64,000 bases of DNA, taken from positions 1,481 to 65,480 of IMG/VR virus record IMGVR_UViG_3300035698_011757; one strand, 5' to 3'. The DNA is from a virus (lineage: Duplodnaviria > Caudoviricetes). Numbering within the stretch: position 1 is the first letter of the stretch; every line of letters starts with the position of its first letter. Shown here piece by piece: positions 28,374 to 38,988 of the stretch. Below the pieces are notes generated by a model that worked only from the letters and a program-made list of their open reading frames with translations, had not been told where the DNA came from and made no database searches. Both the position numbers and the translations under genes were made by a program.

Positions 28374-28880
28374 ATGAGCAACAACTTAAAAGACCTATAC
28401 AAATTCAGCCCAAGCGGAAAAGGAAGCGCATTATTTATCAAATGCAGCAAAGACTTTAAAAAGAATGATTTGCAATTATTCTTTCACATCGTCAAACAGT
28501 CGAGCTGGAACGACAAAACTAAAACTGGATCTTGTAAAGACTCACTTGGAGATGAACTAAAGGAGGTTTATGTAAAAATAGGAGAAGACGAAATCGGTCA
28601 GATCATCGCCTTTTTTGATGGCAAGCTTCCCAAGTGTGACTTTTACCACCAAAACGCTAACGGAAACACTCAGATTGGATTCTCCAAAAACGCTGAGAGA
28701 AAATGTTACGCGCTAAGTATTAGAAAGAATTCAGCTACGAGCTTTTTTGTTGGAAATATTAAAATAGAGGAGGCTGTTACGATTAAATTATCGTTGATGG
28801 CTTTTCTAGATACTCATTACAAGCAGAGAATTAGAAAATCGTTGGACTACCAACAAAAACAATACAATGACAAAGAATAA
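28374..28880 (+). CDS. Hypothetical protein
   Basis: TATAAT 5 nt before the ATG; 168 aa. Confidence 0.75.
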   Translation: MSNNLKDLYKFSPSGKGSALFIKCSKDFKKNDLQLFFHIVKQSSWNDKTKTGSCKDSLGDELKEVYVKIGEDEIGQIIAFFDGKLPKCDFYHQNANGNTQIGFSKNAERKCYALSIRKNSATSFFVGNIKIEEAVTIKLSLMAFLDTHYKQRIRKSLDYQQKQYNDKE

Positions 28881-30789
28881 GAAAACTGTTGTAATTCACA
28901 GCAACTTTTTTAGAGAGTTTACAGGATTTGGAGTCAACAAAAAACACTTGTTGACTTACTTGTTTAAAACAGGAAAATATAATATCGTTGAACTAGCTAA
29001 TGGGAAAATGAGAGAGGAAGAGGAATACGAAAATATTCCTTGGAAAGTTTATGGAACTATACCAGAAGACGAAATAACTCTATCAAAAATAAAAAACGAT
29101 GACGCGTTAAAGCGTCAAGCTTATTACGGAAGGTTCACGATAAATAACCTTATAAACGAGATAAAACCAGACGTTTATATGGGCATTGAGGACGTTTGGG
29201 CGTTTAACGGGTTCACTGACACTCAATGGTGGAATAAGATAACCTCATGTATCTGGACGACTTTGGATAGCTTGCCAATATCTGACATAACGATAGATAT
29301 AGCAGACAAGACGGACAATTTTTTTGTTTGGAGTTCTTTCGCTAAAAAAGCCATGCACGAAATCGGTGCTAACCATACAGAAATGTTAAGAGGGATCGTA
29401 GACGCCAAAACTTTTAAAAATTTAGGAAAAGAGAAAAAAACTAAATTAAGAAAAAAATATGGAATAGATAAGGACGCCAAAGTAATCGGATTCGTTTTTA
29501 GAAACCAATTAAGAAAGGGGCTTCCAAACCTACTTGAAGGATTTAAATCTTTAAAAGATAAATATCCAAAAGAAAACTTAAAACTACTACTTCACACTTA
29601 CTGGTCTGAAATCGGCGGGTGGGACATTAAAGACCAAGCAAAAAGCAAGGGTGTAGATTTAAGTGATATACTAACATCTTACAAATGCAAAAGCTGCGGC
29701 GAAAGTGCTGTGGAGAGCTATATAAAAGATGATATTGACTGCACTATTTGCGGTTCTAAAGATTCTGTTTCAACTTGCTCAATAAGCCACGGTCTTCCCC
29801 CAAAGAGATTGAACGAAGTTTATAACTTGATGGACATTTACTGTCACCCGTTTACGAGTGGCGGTCAAGAAATACCAGTTCAAGAAGCCAAGTTATGCGA
29901 ATTGGTGACACTAGTAACCGACTATTCTTGCGGTGAAGATTTCAGCAATCCAGACTCTGGAGGCGTCCCTTTGGATTGGACAAAGTATGAGGAAAGTGCA
30001 TCTAAATTTATCAAAGCATTCACAAAGCCAGAAAGTATATCCAAACAACTTGAAGAGTATCTTGTTTTAGATGTTTATGGCGAAAACGAAAAAATGGGAA
30101 AGACTGCTAGGCAGTTTGTTCTTGACAATCTCGCGCCAAATGTTATATGTAAGAAAGTTGAAGATTGGTTGGACTCACTACCATTCACGAAGCATGATTT
30201 TATTGACATAGAACCAACTGAAAGAAAAATAAAAAACAAACACCTATCAATTAACGACAACTTAAAATGGGTGAGAGCAATCTACGACGAATATTACGGA
30301 CATAATATATCCAAATATAGTGAAGAAATAAAACAACTTATTGGAGATTTAAAGTCTGGAAAAGTAACGAGAGAAGATCTTATTGACCACTTCTCGTCAA
30401 AAAACGAATCAATAAAAGAAAAAAAAGAACTCGAAGATTTTTTGGGAGACGAATCACCCAAAGAAAGGTTAGCTATTTTCTTGCCAAGGAGCGCTGGAGA
30501 TGTTTACATGGCATCATCATTACTAAAAGGAATAAAAGAAACTTACCCAAATCACAAAATATACTTTTTCACAACACAAAGCAACTTCGAACTACTAGAC
30601 GAGTCGGAGTATATTGACACCCTAATCCCTTACCATTACTTGCTTGACGATAACTTCTATATGGAAGGTCGCGGCGAAAAGCAGAGAATATTTGACGTAT
30701 CATTTCACCCTGCTTGGTTCACCCAAAAACTCAGCCACTACACGCACGGCGGCAGAGACAAAATACAACTAGATTTAAATTATGATTAA
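28867..30789 (+). CDS. Glycosyltransferase (GT4-like) with CxxC insert and GT9-like C-terminal domain
   Basis: TGFG, FRNQLRKG, LNEVYNLMD..SGGQEIPVQEA; RSAGDV. Confidence 0.85.
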   Translation: MTKNKKTVVIHSNFFREFTGFGVNKKHLLTYLFKTGKYNIVELANGKMREEEEYENIPWKVYGTIPEDEITLSKIKNDDALKRQAYYGRFTINNLINEIKPDVYMGIEDVWAFNGFTDTQWWNKITSCIWTTLDSLPISDITIDIADKTDNFFVWSSFAKKAMHEIGANHTEMLRGIVDAKTFKNLGKEKKTKLRKKYGIDKDAKVIGFVFRNQLRKGLPNLLEGFKSLKDKYPKENLKLLLHTYWSEIGGWDIKDQAKSKGVDLSDILTSYKCKSCGESAVESYIKDDIDCTICGSKDSVSTCSISHGLPPKRLNEVYNLMDIYCHPFTSGGQEIPVQEAKLCELVTLVTDYSCGEDFSNPDSGGVPLDWTKYEESASKFIKAFTKPESISKQLEEYLVLDVYGENEKMGKTARQFVLDNLAPNVICKKVEDWLDSLPFTKHDFIDIEPTERKIKNKHLSINDNLKWVRAIYDEYYGHNISKYSEEIKQLIGDLKSGKVTREDLIDHFSSKNESIKEKKELEDFLGDESPKERLAIFLPRSAGDVYMASSLLKGIKETYPNHKIYFFTTQSNFELLDESEYIDTLIPYHYLLDDNFYMEGRGEKQRIFDVSFHPAWFTQKLSHYTHGGRDKIQLDLNYD

Positions 30790-31168
30790 AATACCAGTAT
30801 CGGCAGGAGAGTTGACGGACAAAATGTCCATTTTAACAATCAAGCTGCAAAAATTCGAGGATAGGAAGAGGTTAGATAGCGTAGAATTTGAACACGCTCT
30901 ACTAGAGATGAGCATGGCAGAATTGGCGGCAAATTCTGACAAAAAAGATTGGAAGAAGTTTGAAAAACTAAATAACAAACTCACAACAGTAAACAAAGAT
31001 ATTTGGGACTTGATCGACGAAATGAAAATAGCTTCAGATAAAGAAGGCGTCTTCGCCTCTGACGTTGGATTAGCAATTTTCAGAAAAAACAATAAAAGAT
31101 TCAAAATTAAGAAAAAGATCGACAAGCTCTTTGGTTCTCAATTAACAGAAGAAAAAGGATGCACTTAA
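30782..31168 (+). CDS. DUF6165-like protein
   Basis: PVSAGELTDKMSILTIK..VNKDIWDL.D..NNKRFKIK..EEK. Confidence 0.75.
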   Translation: MIKIPVSAGELTDKMSILTIKLQKFEDRKRLDSVEFEHALLEMSMAELAANSDKKDWKKFEKLNNKLTTVNKDIWDLIDEMKIASDKEGVFASDVGLAIFRKNNKRFKIKKKIDKLFGSQLTEEKGCT

Positions 31169-32373
31169 TTGAACAATATAGCCTAGCGATGGGCGTAAAA
31201 ATAGATAAACCCCAAGTCTCCTTGTCATACTTCTCAATCCCGTTTGATAAGTATATCGTAATTCACGCAGGGAGCAGCTCAGAAGCTCGCAAGTATGATT
31301 ACTTTACTGAAGTATTGGATGTAATGTCAAGCTCTCTTGGAGATAGCGGAATAAGCGTCGTACAGGTCGGCGGAGAAGACGAGGCGTTATTACCTTCTGT
31401 TTTTGACGCAAGATCAGCTACTAAAAAGCAAATGCAATTCATTATTAAAAACTCGTTAATGGTAATAACGAACGACACATGCTCATCACATTTTGCTTCT
31501 GGTTTAAATAAACCTAGCGTGGTAGTCTTTGGATGCTCTGACCCGCAAAATTCAAAACCCTATTGGACTAGCGCGGACAAAGTTTCAATTCTTAGTCCAG
31601 ACTATTCTGATATTGGAGCTTCTTATTCTGACAATGAAAAGAAAAAAAGAATAAACGAAGTAACGCCAGACAAAATAGCCATCGAATCACTCGCAAAATT
31701 AGGAATAAACTTAGAACATGAGATGGAAACCGTTTACATTGGCAGTGAGTTTAACACTTTTAACGCTAAAGTAATACCAAACTTCCATATAGAGCCTTCA
31801 AAAATAAAACAAAAATATCAAAAGGTGACTTTATTACTCGATAGGGTTAGCATATCTACGTTAAATTTGCATAACATCATCTTTTGGTTGCAAAACTTTC
31901 ATGAAGTTGGTATAGAATACTCTGGAAGTTTCGATCATGACCATGTTAGAAAATGCTTCGAGCTAATTTCTAGATTCGCGAAAGAATCAAAAAAAGTAAT
32001 ATCATTAAAATACGAGGTAAAAGACGGCTTCTCGGAAAGCGATTCAGAGTTTCTTGATTATTTAAGGATGCCAGTTGAATTTCACTCCAATTTAGATCTA
32101 GAATCATTAAATATCATCAGATGCGACTTTATAGACCTAGTGATAAGCAAAAACGAAGAAAAAATACAAATAAATGAAGAAAATTCATTCAAATCAAACA
32201 TGGATTTCTTCGCAGATGGAAGTTTTTTCTTGACAGAAGATCATTGGTGCGCTAATATTACATCAGTAAAAGAATACTACAATGAAAAAACAAGAGCATT
32301 TAGCGTCCCAGAAGGATTTTCTCTAAAAAACGATATTGAAAATTTAATTATCAAAAAACATGCCAGAACCTAA
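31159..32373 (+). CDS. GT9 heptosyltransferase-like protein
   Basis: YIVIHAG, VVQVGG, ITNDTCSSHFASGLNKPSVVVFG. Confidence 0.8.
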   Translation: MHLIEQYSLAMGVKIDKPQVSLSYFSIPFDKYIVIHAGSSSEARKYDYFTEVLDVMSSSLGDSGISVVQVGGEDEALLPSVFDARSATKKQMQFIIKNSLMVITNDTCSSHFASGLNKPSVVVFGCSDPQNSKPYWTSADKVSILSPDYSDIGASYSDNEKKKRINEVTPDKIAIESLAKLGINLEHEMETVYIGSEFNTFNAKVIPNFHIEPSKIKQKYQKVTLLLDRVSISTLNLHNIIFWLQNFHEVGIEYSGSFDHDHVRKCFELISRFAKESKKVISLKYEVKDGFSESDSEFLDYLRMPVEFHSNLDLESLNIIRCDFIDLVISKNEEKIQINEENSFKSNMDFFADGSFFLTEDHWCANITSVKEYYNEKTRAFSVPEGFSLKNDIENLIIKKHART

Positions 32374-33274
32374 AAAGAAAGTAGCTAAAAAAGCTACAAA
32401 AAAAACCGCTGCCAGAAAAGTAGCGAAGAAAGTTGTAGTTAAAGCGGAGGCGGTAGACCCTATTGAACTCCCAAACGAAACTACGTTTAGTGCTATCCCT
32501 CCAACATCTAGAAGTAGAAATAAATACGGTCTTATTGAGACTGTTAATCACACTTTTAATACAGATGGAACTGTTGATTGGAAATCAATGATTGACAAAA
32601 ATAACATTATCGTCAATACAAAATGGTTTGAAGAAAATGCTAGCGACGATCCAATCCCAAGATCCACAGACGGACTCAAGGATCACCAATTAATTATCAA
32701 ACTGGCTGGGTTTAAAAGCATCGCTAAGATCCGAGGGTTTTCTTCCGTGAGTTTTGAGTGTTTATATACAGACGCAGCTTGCGTGGTTATGAAATGCCGA
32801 ATTGAGTGGAAACCAAATTACGAATCAGACGATCAAGTTGTCGTTCAAGAAGAGGTCGCAAACGCATCCATCGTCAACACCAGCGAATTCGCGCAAGTGT
32901 TCTTAGAAACCATCGCGGCAAACAGAGCTTTCGCTCGTTGCGTTCGAAATTCATTAGGAATCGAGATTGTTTCATCAGATGAAATGTCAGCAGGTTCTGG
33001 AATACCTCTATCTGTCCCACAAGCAGTCGAGGCGGGTGTTGTAGCCAGTTCTGGTGAAGCTGGTTCAATTACTCCTGTTGGAGCGTTAAAGAACATCATG
33101 AAGGATAAATTAGGAGACTCTAATTGGGACACATTAAAATCAACATTAAGGGAGATGTGGTCAACAGAAGCTTATAGGCATCCAGAAACAAAAAATTGGA
33201 ATTCATTTGAAGACGTTCCTGTTAAAGATTTATTCCAAATCGTCAGCGCAATCAAAAAACACACAGAAGTTTAA
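32360..33274 (+). CDS. Hypothetical protein, possible ssDNA-annealing fold, with Lys/Ala-rich N-tail
   Basis: ETIAANRAFARCVRNSLGI resembles Rad52-like helices. Confidence 0.5.
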   Translation: MPEPKKKVAKKATKKTAARKVAKKVVVKAEAVDPIELPNETTFSAIPPTSRSRNKYGLIETVNHTFNTDGTVDWKSMIDKNNIIVNTKWFEENASDDPIPRSTDGLKDHQLIIKLAGFKSIAKIRGFSSVSFECLYTDAACVVMKCRIEWKPNYESDDQVVVQEEVANASIVNTSEFAQVFLETIAANRAFARCVRNSLGIEIVSSDEMSAGSGIPLSVPQAVEAGVVASSGEAGSITPVGALKNIMKDKLGDSNWDTLKSTLREMWSTEAYRHPETKNWNSFEDVPVKDLFQIVSAIKKHTEV

Positions 33275-33276
33275 TT

Positions 33277-33477
33277 ATGGGAAAAGCAGCAAAAAAAATA
33301 AGAAAAGGTCTTGAGGCTATGGGCATCGACGTTAAATCAAAAAAGGGTCGTTCTCATTACCAAAAGATGAAAAAAGAATACAGCACTTGGACGGCTTGCC
33401 AAAAAAGCCAGTTCGACACGTTAGTAAAAAACGCGGTAGCTGAACAAGCCGCTGCGAAAGAAGCTCAAGAAGCTTAA
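33277..33477 (+). CDS. Small basic hypothetical protein
   Basis: 66 aa, last gene before the terminator. Confidence 0.65.
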   Translation: MGKAAKKIRKGLEAMGIDVKSKKGRSHYQKMKKEYSTWTACQKSQFDTLVKNAVAEQAAAKEAQEA

Positions 33478-33492
33478 ATTGAATAAAGAATC

Positions 33493-33523
33493 AAAAGCCC
33501 TCCTATAAACGGAGGGCTTTTTT
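33493..33523. terminator. Bidirectional intrinsic terminator between convergent genes
   Basis: aaaagccctcc-tataaac-ggagggcttttt. Confidence 0.85.
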
Positions 33524-33524
33524 A

Positions 33525-36500
33525 TTATAACTCAATAGGAATATTATCAAAGTAAACTGATTCTATAGTGTTCGACTGAACTGCTCCAGCAGCACTACTT
33601 TTAGACCAGCACTGAAGACCGTTTAGGTTATTTCCAGAACCGTAGTCTCCAGAAAATTCAGTAGGAAGCTCAACAGCAATTATGATCGTGTAATTAGTAT
33701 CGTCATCAACGGAGTTAATTATAATCTGATCTTGCTTTATAATAAGTAGGAAGTTATTTGTTTTTGTGCTTGAAAGAACAGACTGGTTTACTACCGCTGT
33801 ATTTACATTACCTATAATACCATCACCAAAAGAAGTGATTAGAGAAACTTTTTCCACTCCAGATTCAATATATATTTTTAATTCAACCCCAAAGCTATTC
33901 TCATCAAGTGTTGGGATAATAGTTGTAGTCTCAAACAGGTCAGAGTCGGCTCCTATTCTAAATCCTATTTCAAAATCCTGCGTCGGCAAAGTTCCGCCAA
34001 TTTCGAAAAACAAATTAGTCTCCATCTGGTCGAATCTACTACTGCTATTTGAAAATATAGGACACGCCACGTTCTTGGCTAAATCGCATCGAATAAACTC
34101 GTTAGCGTTAACGTCCAATTGCAACCTAGAATATGAAGTTTGGAAAGTGGAGCTTCCAGCCCCTATTTCAAAATTAGATTCAGCAAAATCAATAGCCTTT
34201 CCCCTAGAGTCAATCTTTAAGATGACCTCGTTATTTAAATTTTGAACCCCTTCTGCATTTTCATTAACTCCAGAACCAGAACTGCTAGAAAGCAATAATG
34301 TTCCAGAATTTGGTGTTGCAAAAATAACACCTTGACCAATACTATCAAACAATGCAGCTTTATAAAACAGAAAACCTTTTGGGTAAAGCTCTTCTCCAGA
34401 GGCTGGAGTATAAGCGAAATCTGTTAAAGAGTCTCCCGTCGGGTGGCCATCATACTTGGTTAAAGAAACCGTTGCTGAAGTTGCAGAAGAAGCTAGGGAT
34501 AGAGATGATATAATATTTGCCGAAGACGGAACGAAAGATGCGCTATCACCAGAGTATATTTCTAAGTAGTCTAAATCTTGTCCGCCTTGATTGTCAAATG
34601 TGAATTGCAAATCTACAGATCCCGTATTTGGAGTGTTCGCATCCAAAACAATTAGGTTAGATATTTCTGGTTTAGGGTTTGTTATATTTATAACGGTATC
34701 GAAAGGGTCAACATCCAAATCAGAAAAAACCTCCAGCTTTAACTTGAAATCTCTCATAGCGTCCTCAGACCCAAGAGCAGAAACTAAGTTCGCTTTTGTG
34801 TTTGAATAAGACAGTCCATAAACTAATTCATCTGCAATGGTTGTGGCTTCACTTGCCGCAGTTAGTATGCTTACTTTTTGGACAATATTAAATCCAGCGT
34901 TAGAGTATTCTAATGAAGTTGAAATTCCTTGGTTTGCAGGGTCAATGAGAGTCCATTTAGTAGACAAGTAAGATGTGTTAGAAACGAAATTACCTTGACC
35001 GTTATGTGCTGAAGTGTTTAAATTGTAACTTCCAGACTCTTTGCTTGTGACGTCGAACGAATCAACCAAAAAGAAGTTTTCAGAAATTAAATTAGTAGAT
35101 ATTTCCAAAAATTCAGACATAATATTTTCATCTGATGGGGTAAAATAAGGAGCTTTCGTTACTGCTTTTATAATCATCTTGTAATTACCATATTCGTAGG
35201 AAGATATATCTTCAGATAAGTCTGTGAAAGTCATACTGTAAAGATGGTCGCCGCTTACTATAGAGTCAAAATCTGGTGCGTTTTTCGAAAAGTATCGAGT
35301 AGACCCGCTAGGCGTAATTAAAGTAATGTCAAATCTTTCGATAGAGTCGTATGGACTACTAAACTTCCATTCAAAATCAAACTGAAAGTCAGAAACAGAA
35401 GGCGACACGCTTGATTCTAAAATATCGAACAATGTAAACTGAGGCGTTGTTGGTTGAGATATGCCAAGATTCACGGACGACACTCCGCCAAAGTTATATT
35501 CGCTAGTGTCATCAACAAATTCACCCTCAATAGCGTTAAATTTAGCTACGTTATAAGCCGCTGCATTCACGTTATATTCATTTTTTTCTGATTCAGCAAC
35601 ACTAATAACCTTAAAGAATAAATCTTTTAAGTTTTGAGAATGAAGTTTGATGGTGTAAGAATAATCTCCACATTCAAACCTATCTCTAAGCTCCCATATG
35701 GAAACATCCTCCCCATTTACATCCAGCGCTTGGAATCCATAATTGAGTTCGTGAATACCAACACTAACATCAATAAATAAATCTTCTTCAACTTCTCCCC
35801 ACCATCCAGCACCAACATAATCAATAAGAATGTCGTTAATATCAATAATAGTTCCGTTAATATCTCTAACGATCCCAGTGTATCCATTCCAAGCATCTCT
35901 AATCATCTGCCCAGTTAGGTCGACTTCAGCTCCGCCTACATATATAGGATCATCAAAAGTTACGGTATAAGAAGTTCCGCACTTATTTAAAATAGCTCCA
36001 AATAAAATAGCATTACTAGCTAAAGGAACAATCAAATTAAGGTCGTCGCAATCCATCTCGAACGTTTTAACTTCGCCTTTTCTAATAGACCCAACCTTAT
36101 ATTCAGAAAACTGCTTTGTTCGCAAATCTTTAATTGATTGAATTTGTTCCTCAACCGTAGATCCGAAGAAATTTCCGAAATCCTTATAATCATTATGAGT
36201 AGATGGAGTGGAAAATTTAATAGAAGATATTGAGGTTCCAGTTAAATCTTGATCCACCAATACACCAAGAGTAAATTCGCTATTCTTTTTAACACCTAAA
36301 ATCTTCCCATCGTTTCTAACGATACTTTTTAATTGGTCGGAAATAGAAATAACATCATTAGGTTTTAAATATAAAGCTTTCTGGTTTGTTGTAAACGAAA
36401 CGGTTTCAGTTTCTAATCTTGAAGAGAAAAGCATGTGTCTGCCAAGCCTTCTGGCTTGACCTTCGTTCGTTATTCCAAGACCCTCAACTCTTTTGATTAT

Positions 36501-38081
36501 AGGCCCTTGTTGAGATATTCCCTCTGGGTCTTCAATAGATGAAATTTTAGGGGTGTAGTTATCGTCGGCATCGTTGTATTGAATTTCAGCGATATTAAAC
36601 CTCGTATTTTTAGCAGCCTCTGAATAATAAAACTGACCGTCTTTAGCATCAACGTTAGAGAAATGAACTAAAGCTTCTCTAGGGGAGTCTGATGCAAAAT
36701 GAATACTCCCATCTTGCCAGTATAAAAACCCTCTAAAAATTGCAGCTATTTGATTAACAAGTTCAAAAGCTTGTTGGGGCTGAGTAATAATTAAGTTGCA
36801 GGAAAATCTTGGAAGACCATCTATACCAACAAACCCCCCAGACTCATTAACTCCATCGCAATATCTTCCAATTTTGTATAACGTCCACTTATCAATAAAG
36901 TCTGCGTCTACAAAATCTCCAACCCCATAAGAATTATTTACCAAAATATCATAAAGAACCCAAACTGGATTATCCGTCCAAGACCATTTAAAAGATCCGT
37001 CCCAAATTCCAGAATAAGAATGACCAGTAGCGTCATAATTAACTGGAACTCTAACTATTTTAAGTTTGCAGTCAAAAGTTCTTTGTGGTAAGGATGAGAA
37101 TGTTCTAGCGTCATATCGAGAAGCTAACATAGCTGAAAATGGATAGTTCATCCTTGGAGAAACAATCCTTTCTGTGATTTTTGCCACAGAAGCGCTTCTA
37201 GACACCAAAGGTGATAAAGTTTCAGCAGATAGTTTTCTAACGCTTATCCATTTCTTGCTAGTGTTTTTATCGCTACCAACATCAACCGTCACGGTAATGC
37301 CGTAAGGAGATGCTGTAATTAAACCAGTTACGGACTCTTCAATTTCAGTAACGATTACGGCGTTATTGCTAGAGTCAAAATAACCACCCTTTATTTCAAA
37401 GTTTACAGTTGCTGATACTTTAACGCCAATATCTCCACCATCTCCAGATCCAGCACCTCTAGAAACTGTATCTGACAATTGAGATATGGAAATATTCACA
37501 TCTATCTCGCTAACAAAAGAGTTTTCCGCAGTGTGCGTAAATATATAAGGATCTTCCTCTGGAAATTCCCCCTCGTCAATCTGACCCCTCCACGTTCCAA
37601 ACTGTCGCTCGGCATTAGTTGGATCGTTAGCACGAACATCTCTACTAGACTCTCCATCATGAAAGTCGTCAGAACTCCCCTCGCTTTCGCTCCAATCCCA
37701 AGAACCAACAAGTGCTTGGCTTGAGTTTATAGCTTGCTCTATTTGATTGAATCCGCTCTCTTCTGAAAACTGGCTAGGGTCTTTTATTCCAGATCTAAAT
37801 TCCGCAAAGGTTCTTCTAAAGTTAAATTCTCCACCTTCGTTTATAATAGGTGTATCGTTTAAGTAAATACCTTTACCCAAATTAAGACCGCTCATAATAT
37901 TTCCTTGCTTATCTACTATTCCAGCAATTGGGCCTTCGCAAAGTAAATCGATAACCTCTAAAGACTGGGTGCTACGTCTAGCATCTTTTGAGTTAGGTGG
38001 TAAAAGCAAAGGTGTAGGAGGTTTAGGCGTGCTAAATAATCCAGATCCTTTTAAGTTTTTTTGTTTATTTTTCTTGAACAT
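33525..38081 (-). CDS. Tail tip / central fiber protein (lambda gpJ-like)
   Basis: IDLLCEGPI, IYLNDTPI, WDGSFK..WTDNPVWVLYDIL..YG, IDKWTLY, PRFSCN. Confidence 0.92.
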   Translation of the reverse strand: MFKKNKQKNLKGSGLFSTPKPPTPLLLPPNSKDARRSTQSLEVIDLLCEGPIAGIVDKQGNIMSGLNLGKGIYLNDTPIINEGGEFNFRRTFAEFRSGIKDPSQFSEESGFNQIEQAINSSQALVGSWDWSESEGSSDDFHDGESSRDVRANDPTNAERQFGTWRGQIDEGEFPEEDPYIFTHTAENSFVSEIDVNISISQLSDTVSRGAGSGDGGDIGVKVSATVNFEIKGGYFDSSNNAVIVTEIEESVTGLITASPYGITVTVDVGSDKNTSKKWISVRKLSAETLSPLVSRSASVAKITERIVSPRMNYPFSAMLASRYDARTFSSLPQRTFDCKLKIVRVPVNYDATGHSYSGIWDGSFKWSWTDNPVWVLYDILVNNSYGVGDFVDADFIDKWTLYKIGRYCDGVNESGGFVGIDGLPRFSCNLIITQPQQAFELVNQIAAIFRGFLYWQDGSIHFASDSPREALVHFSNVDAKDGQFYYSEAAKNTRFNIAEIQYNDADDNYTPKISSIEDPEGISQQGPIIKRVEGLGITNEGQARRLGRHMLFSSRLETETVSFTTNQKALYLKPNDVISISDQLKSIVRNDGKILGVKKNSEFTLGVLVDQDLTGTSISSIKFSTPSTHNDYKDFGNFFGSTVEEQIQSIKDLRTKQFSEYKVGSIRKGEVKTFEMDCDDLNLIVPLASNAILFGAILNKCGTSYTVTFDDPIYVGGAEVDLTGQMIRDAWNGYTGIVRDINGTIIDINDILIDYVGAGWWGEVEEDLFIDVSVGIHELNYGFQALDVNGEDVSIWELRDRFECGDYSYTIKLHSQNLKDLFFKVISVAESEKNEYNVNAAAYNVAKFNAIEGEFVDDTSEYNFGGVSSVNLGISQPTTPQFTLFDILESSVSPSVSDFQFDFEWKFSSPYDSIERFDITLITPSGSTRYFSKNAPDFDSIVSGDHLYSMTFTDLSEDISSYEYGNYKMIIKAVTKAPYFTPSDENIMSEFLEISTNLISENFFLVDSFDVTSKESGSYNLNTSAHNGQGNFVSNTSYLSTKWTLIDPANQGISTSLEYSNAGFNIVQKVSILTAASEATTIADELVYGLSYSNTKANLVSALGSEDAMRDFKLKLEVFSDLDVDPFDTVINITNPKPEISNLIVLDANTPNTGSVDLQFTFDNQGGQDLDYLEIYSGDSASFVPSSANIISSLSLASSATSATVSLTKYDGHPTGDSLTDFAYTPASGEELYPKGFLFYKAALFDSIGQGVIFATPNSGTLLLSSSSGSGVNENAEGVQNLNNEVILKIDSRGKAIDFAESNFEIGAGSSTFQTSYSRLQLDVNANEFIRCDLAKNVACPIFSNSSSRFDQMETNLFFEIGGTLPTQDFEIGFRIGADSDLFETTTIIPTLDENSFGVELKIYIESGVEKVSLITSFGDGIIGNVNTAVVNQSVLSSTKTNNFLLIIKQDQIIINSVDDDTNYTIIIAVELPTEFSGDYGSGNNLNGLQCWSKSSAAGAVQSNTIESVYFDNIPIEL

Positions 38082-38659
38082 TATTCTGAAATGTTTTCGT
38101 TGGCGTCTGGAACATCGTAGTTCGTAACCGCTGAGTGAATTATATAAGATCCTATTTTTAGTCTACCATAAGCGAGGGGAAGGATATTACCCTGTTGAGC
38201 CGTATTAGTTCGACCTCCGAAGAAATAAGAGCTAACACCAGCACTAACCGTTTGAGTTGACGTTGGTTGCCTTGGAGTTTCGGCAAATAATGATATTAGA
38301 CCAGAAACCGCAATAGTAAGACCAAGCTGAACCAAAAACGGAAGAGGAGTAAAAAAACCAACCAATGCGATGGCAGCTCCAATAGCTATCTGAAGAAATC
38401 CAGCACCTAAAATAACAGGCATAATATAAATAGTAGAGTTAGCGTTTAGGTTTTCAAACTCTGACTGGTCAGAAATTTCTTTACCGTCCACCATAACGCG
38501 ATAATGCTTACCCTCTTTCTCAGCCTCCAACAAGAACTTTTCAAAATTCTTTAAGTTTGCTTTTAGAGCTTGATAAGCTTCTTTGCTAGTTTTGATCATA
38601 AACGAGAACTCGTTACCAAAAACCTTTCCTATTTCTCCCATTAGTTTTACTTTTATCAT
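38081..38659 (-). CDS. Tail assembly protein (lambda gpI-like)
   Basis: IKVKLMGEIGKVFG..IYIMPVILGAG; SYFF..QG..PLAYGRLKIGS. Confidence 0.88.
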   Translation of the reverse strand: MIKVKLMGEIGKVFGNEFSFMIKTSKEAYQALKANLKNFEKFLLEAEKEGKHYRVMVDGKEISDQSEFENLNANSTIYIMPVILGAGFLQIAIGAAIALVGFFTPLPFLVQLGLTIAVSGLISLFAETPRQPTSTQTVSAGVSSYFFGGRTNTAQQGNILPLAYGRLKIGSYIIHSAVTNYDVPDANENISE

Positions 38660-38988
38660 TATATTGCTTTTAAAGTTTTAAAGTCATCTTCTTCGATACT
38701 GTATATTAAAAAGTCCAAACAGGTGTGTTTAACCATAAGCTTGTCGAAATCCGAAGGGTCTGCTGAACCTTTTATGTGAGAGTGGTAAACGCATTCGACC
38801 TTCTCGTTCCCCATTATCGCGGAAAGGTATTGTTTAGGACCTATCTCAAAGAAGTTTTCAGTATCTTGAGCTTCATTTATAGCTTCGATCACTGAGAATT
38901 TTCCAGCATTACTCACCACAAACCCACACACTTCAACAGTTGGTGTTTTTAAGCAAATATCCTTTATTTTGTTAAGTTCCGTATCCAC
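38659..38988 (-). CDS. JAB/MPN metalloprotease (lambda gpK N-domain-like), no NlpC/P60 domain
   Basis: EVCG..YHSH..PSDFD; probable GTG start. Confidence 0.85.
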   Translation of the reverse strand: MDTELNKIKDICLKTPTVEVCGFVVSNAGKFSVIEAINEAQDTENFFEIGPKQYLSAIMGNEKVECVYHSHIKGSADPSDFDKLMVKHTCLDFLIYSIEEDDFKTLKAI

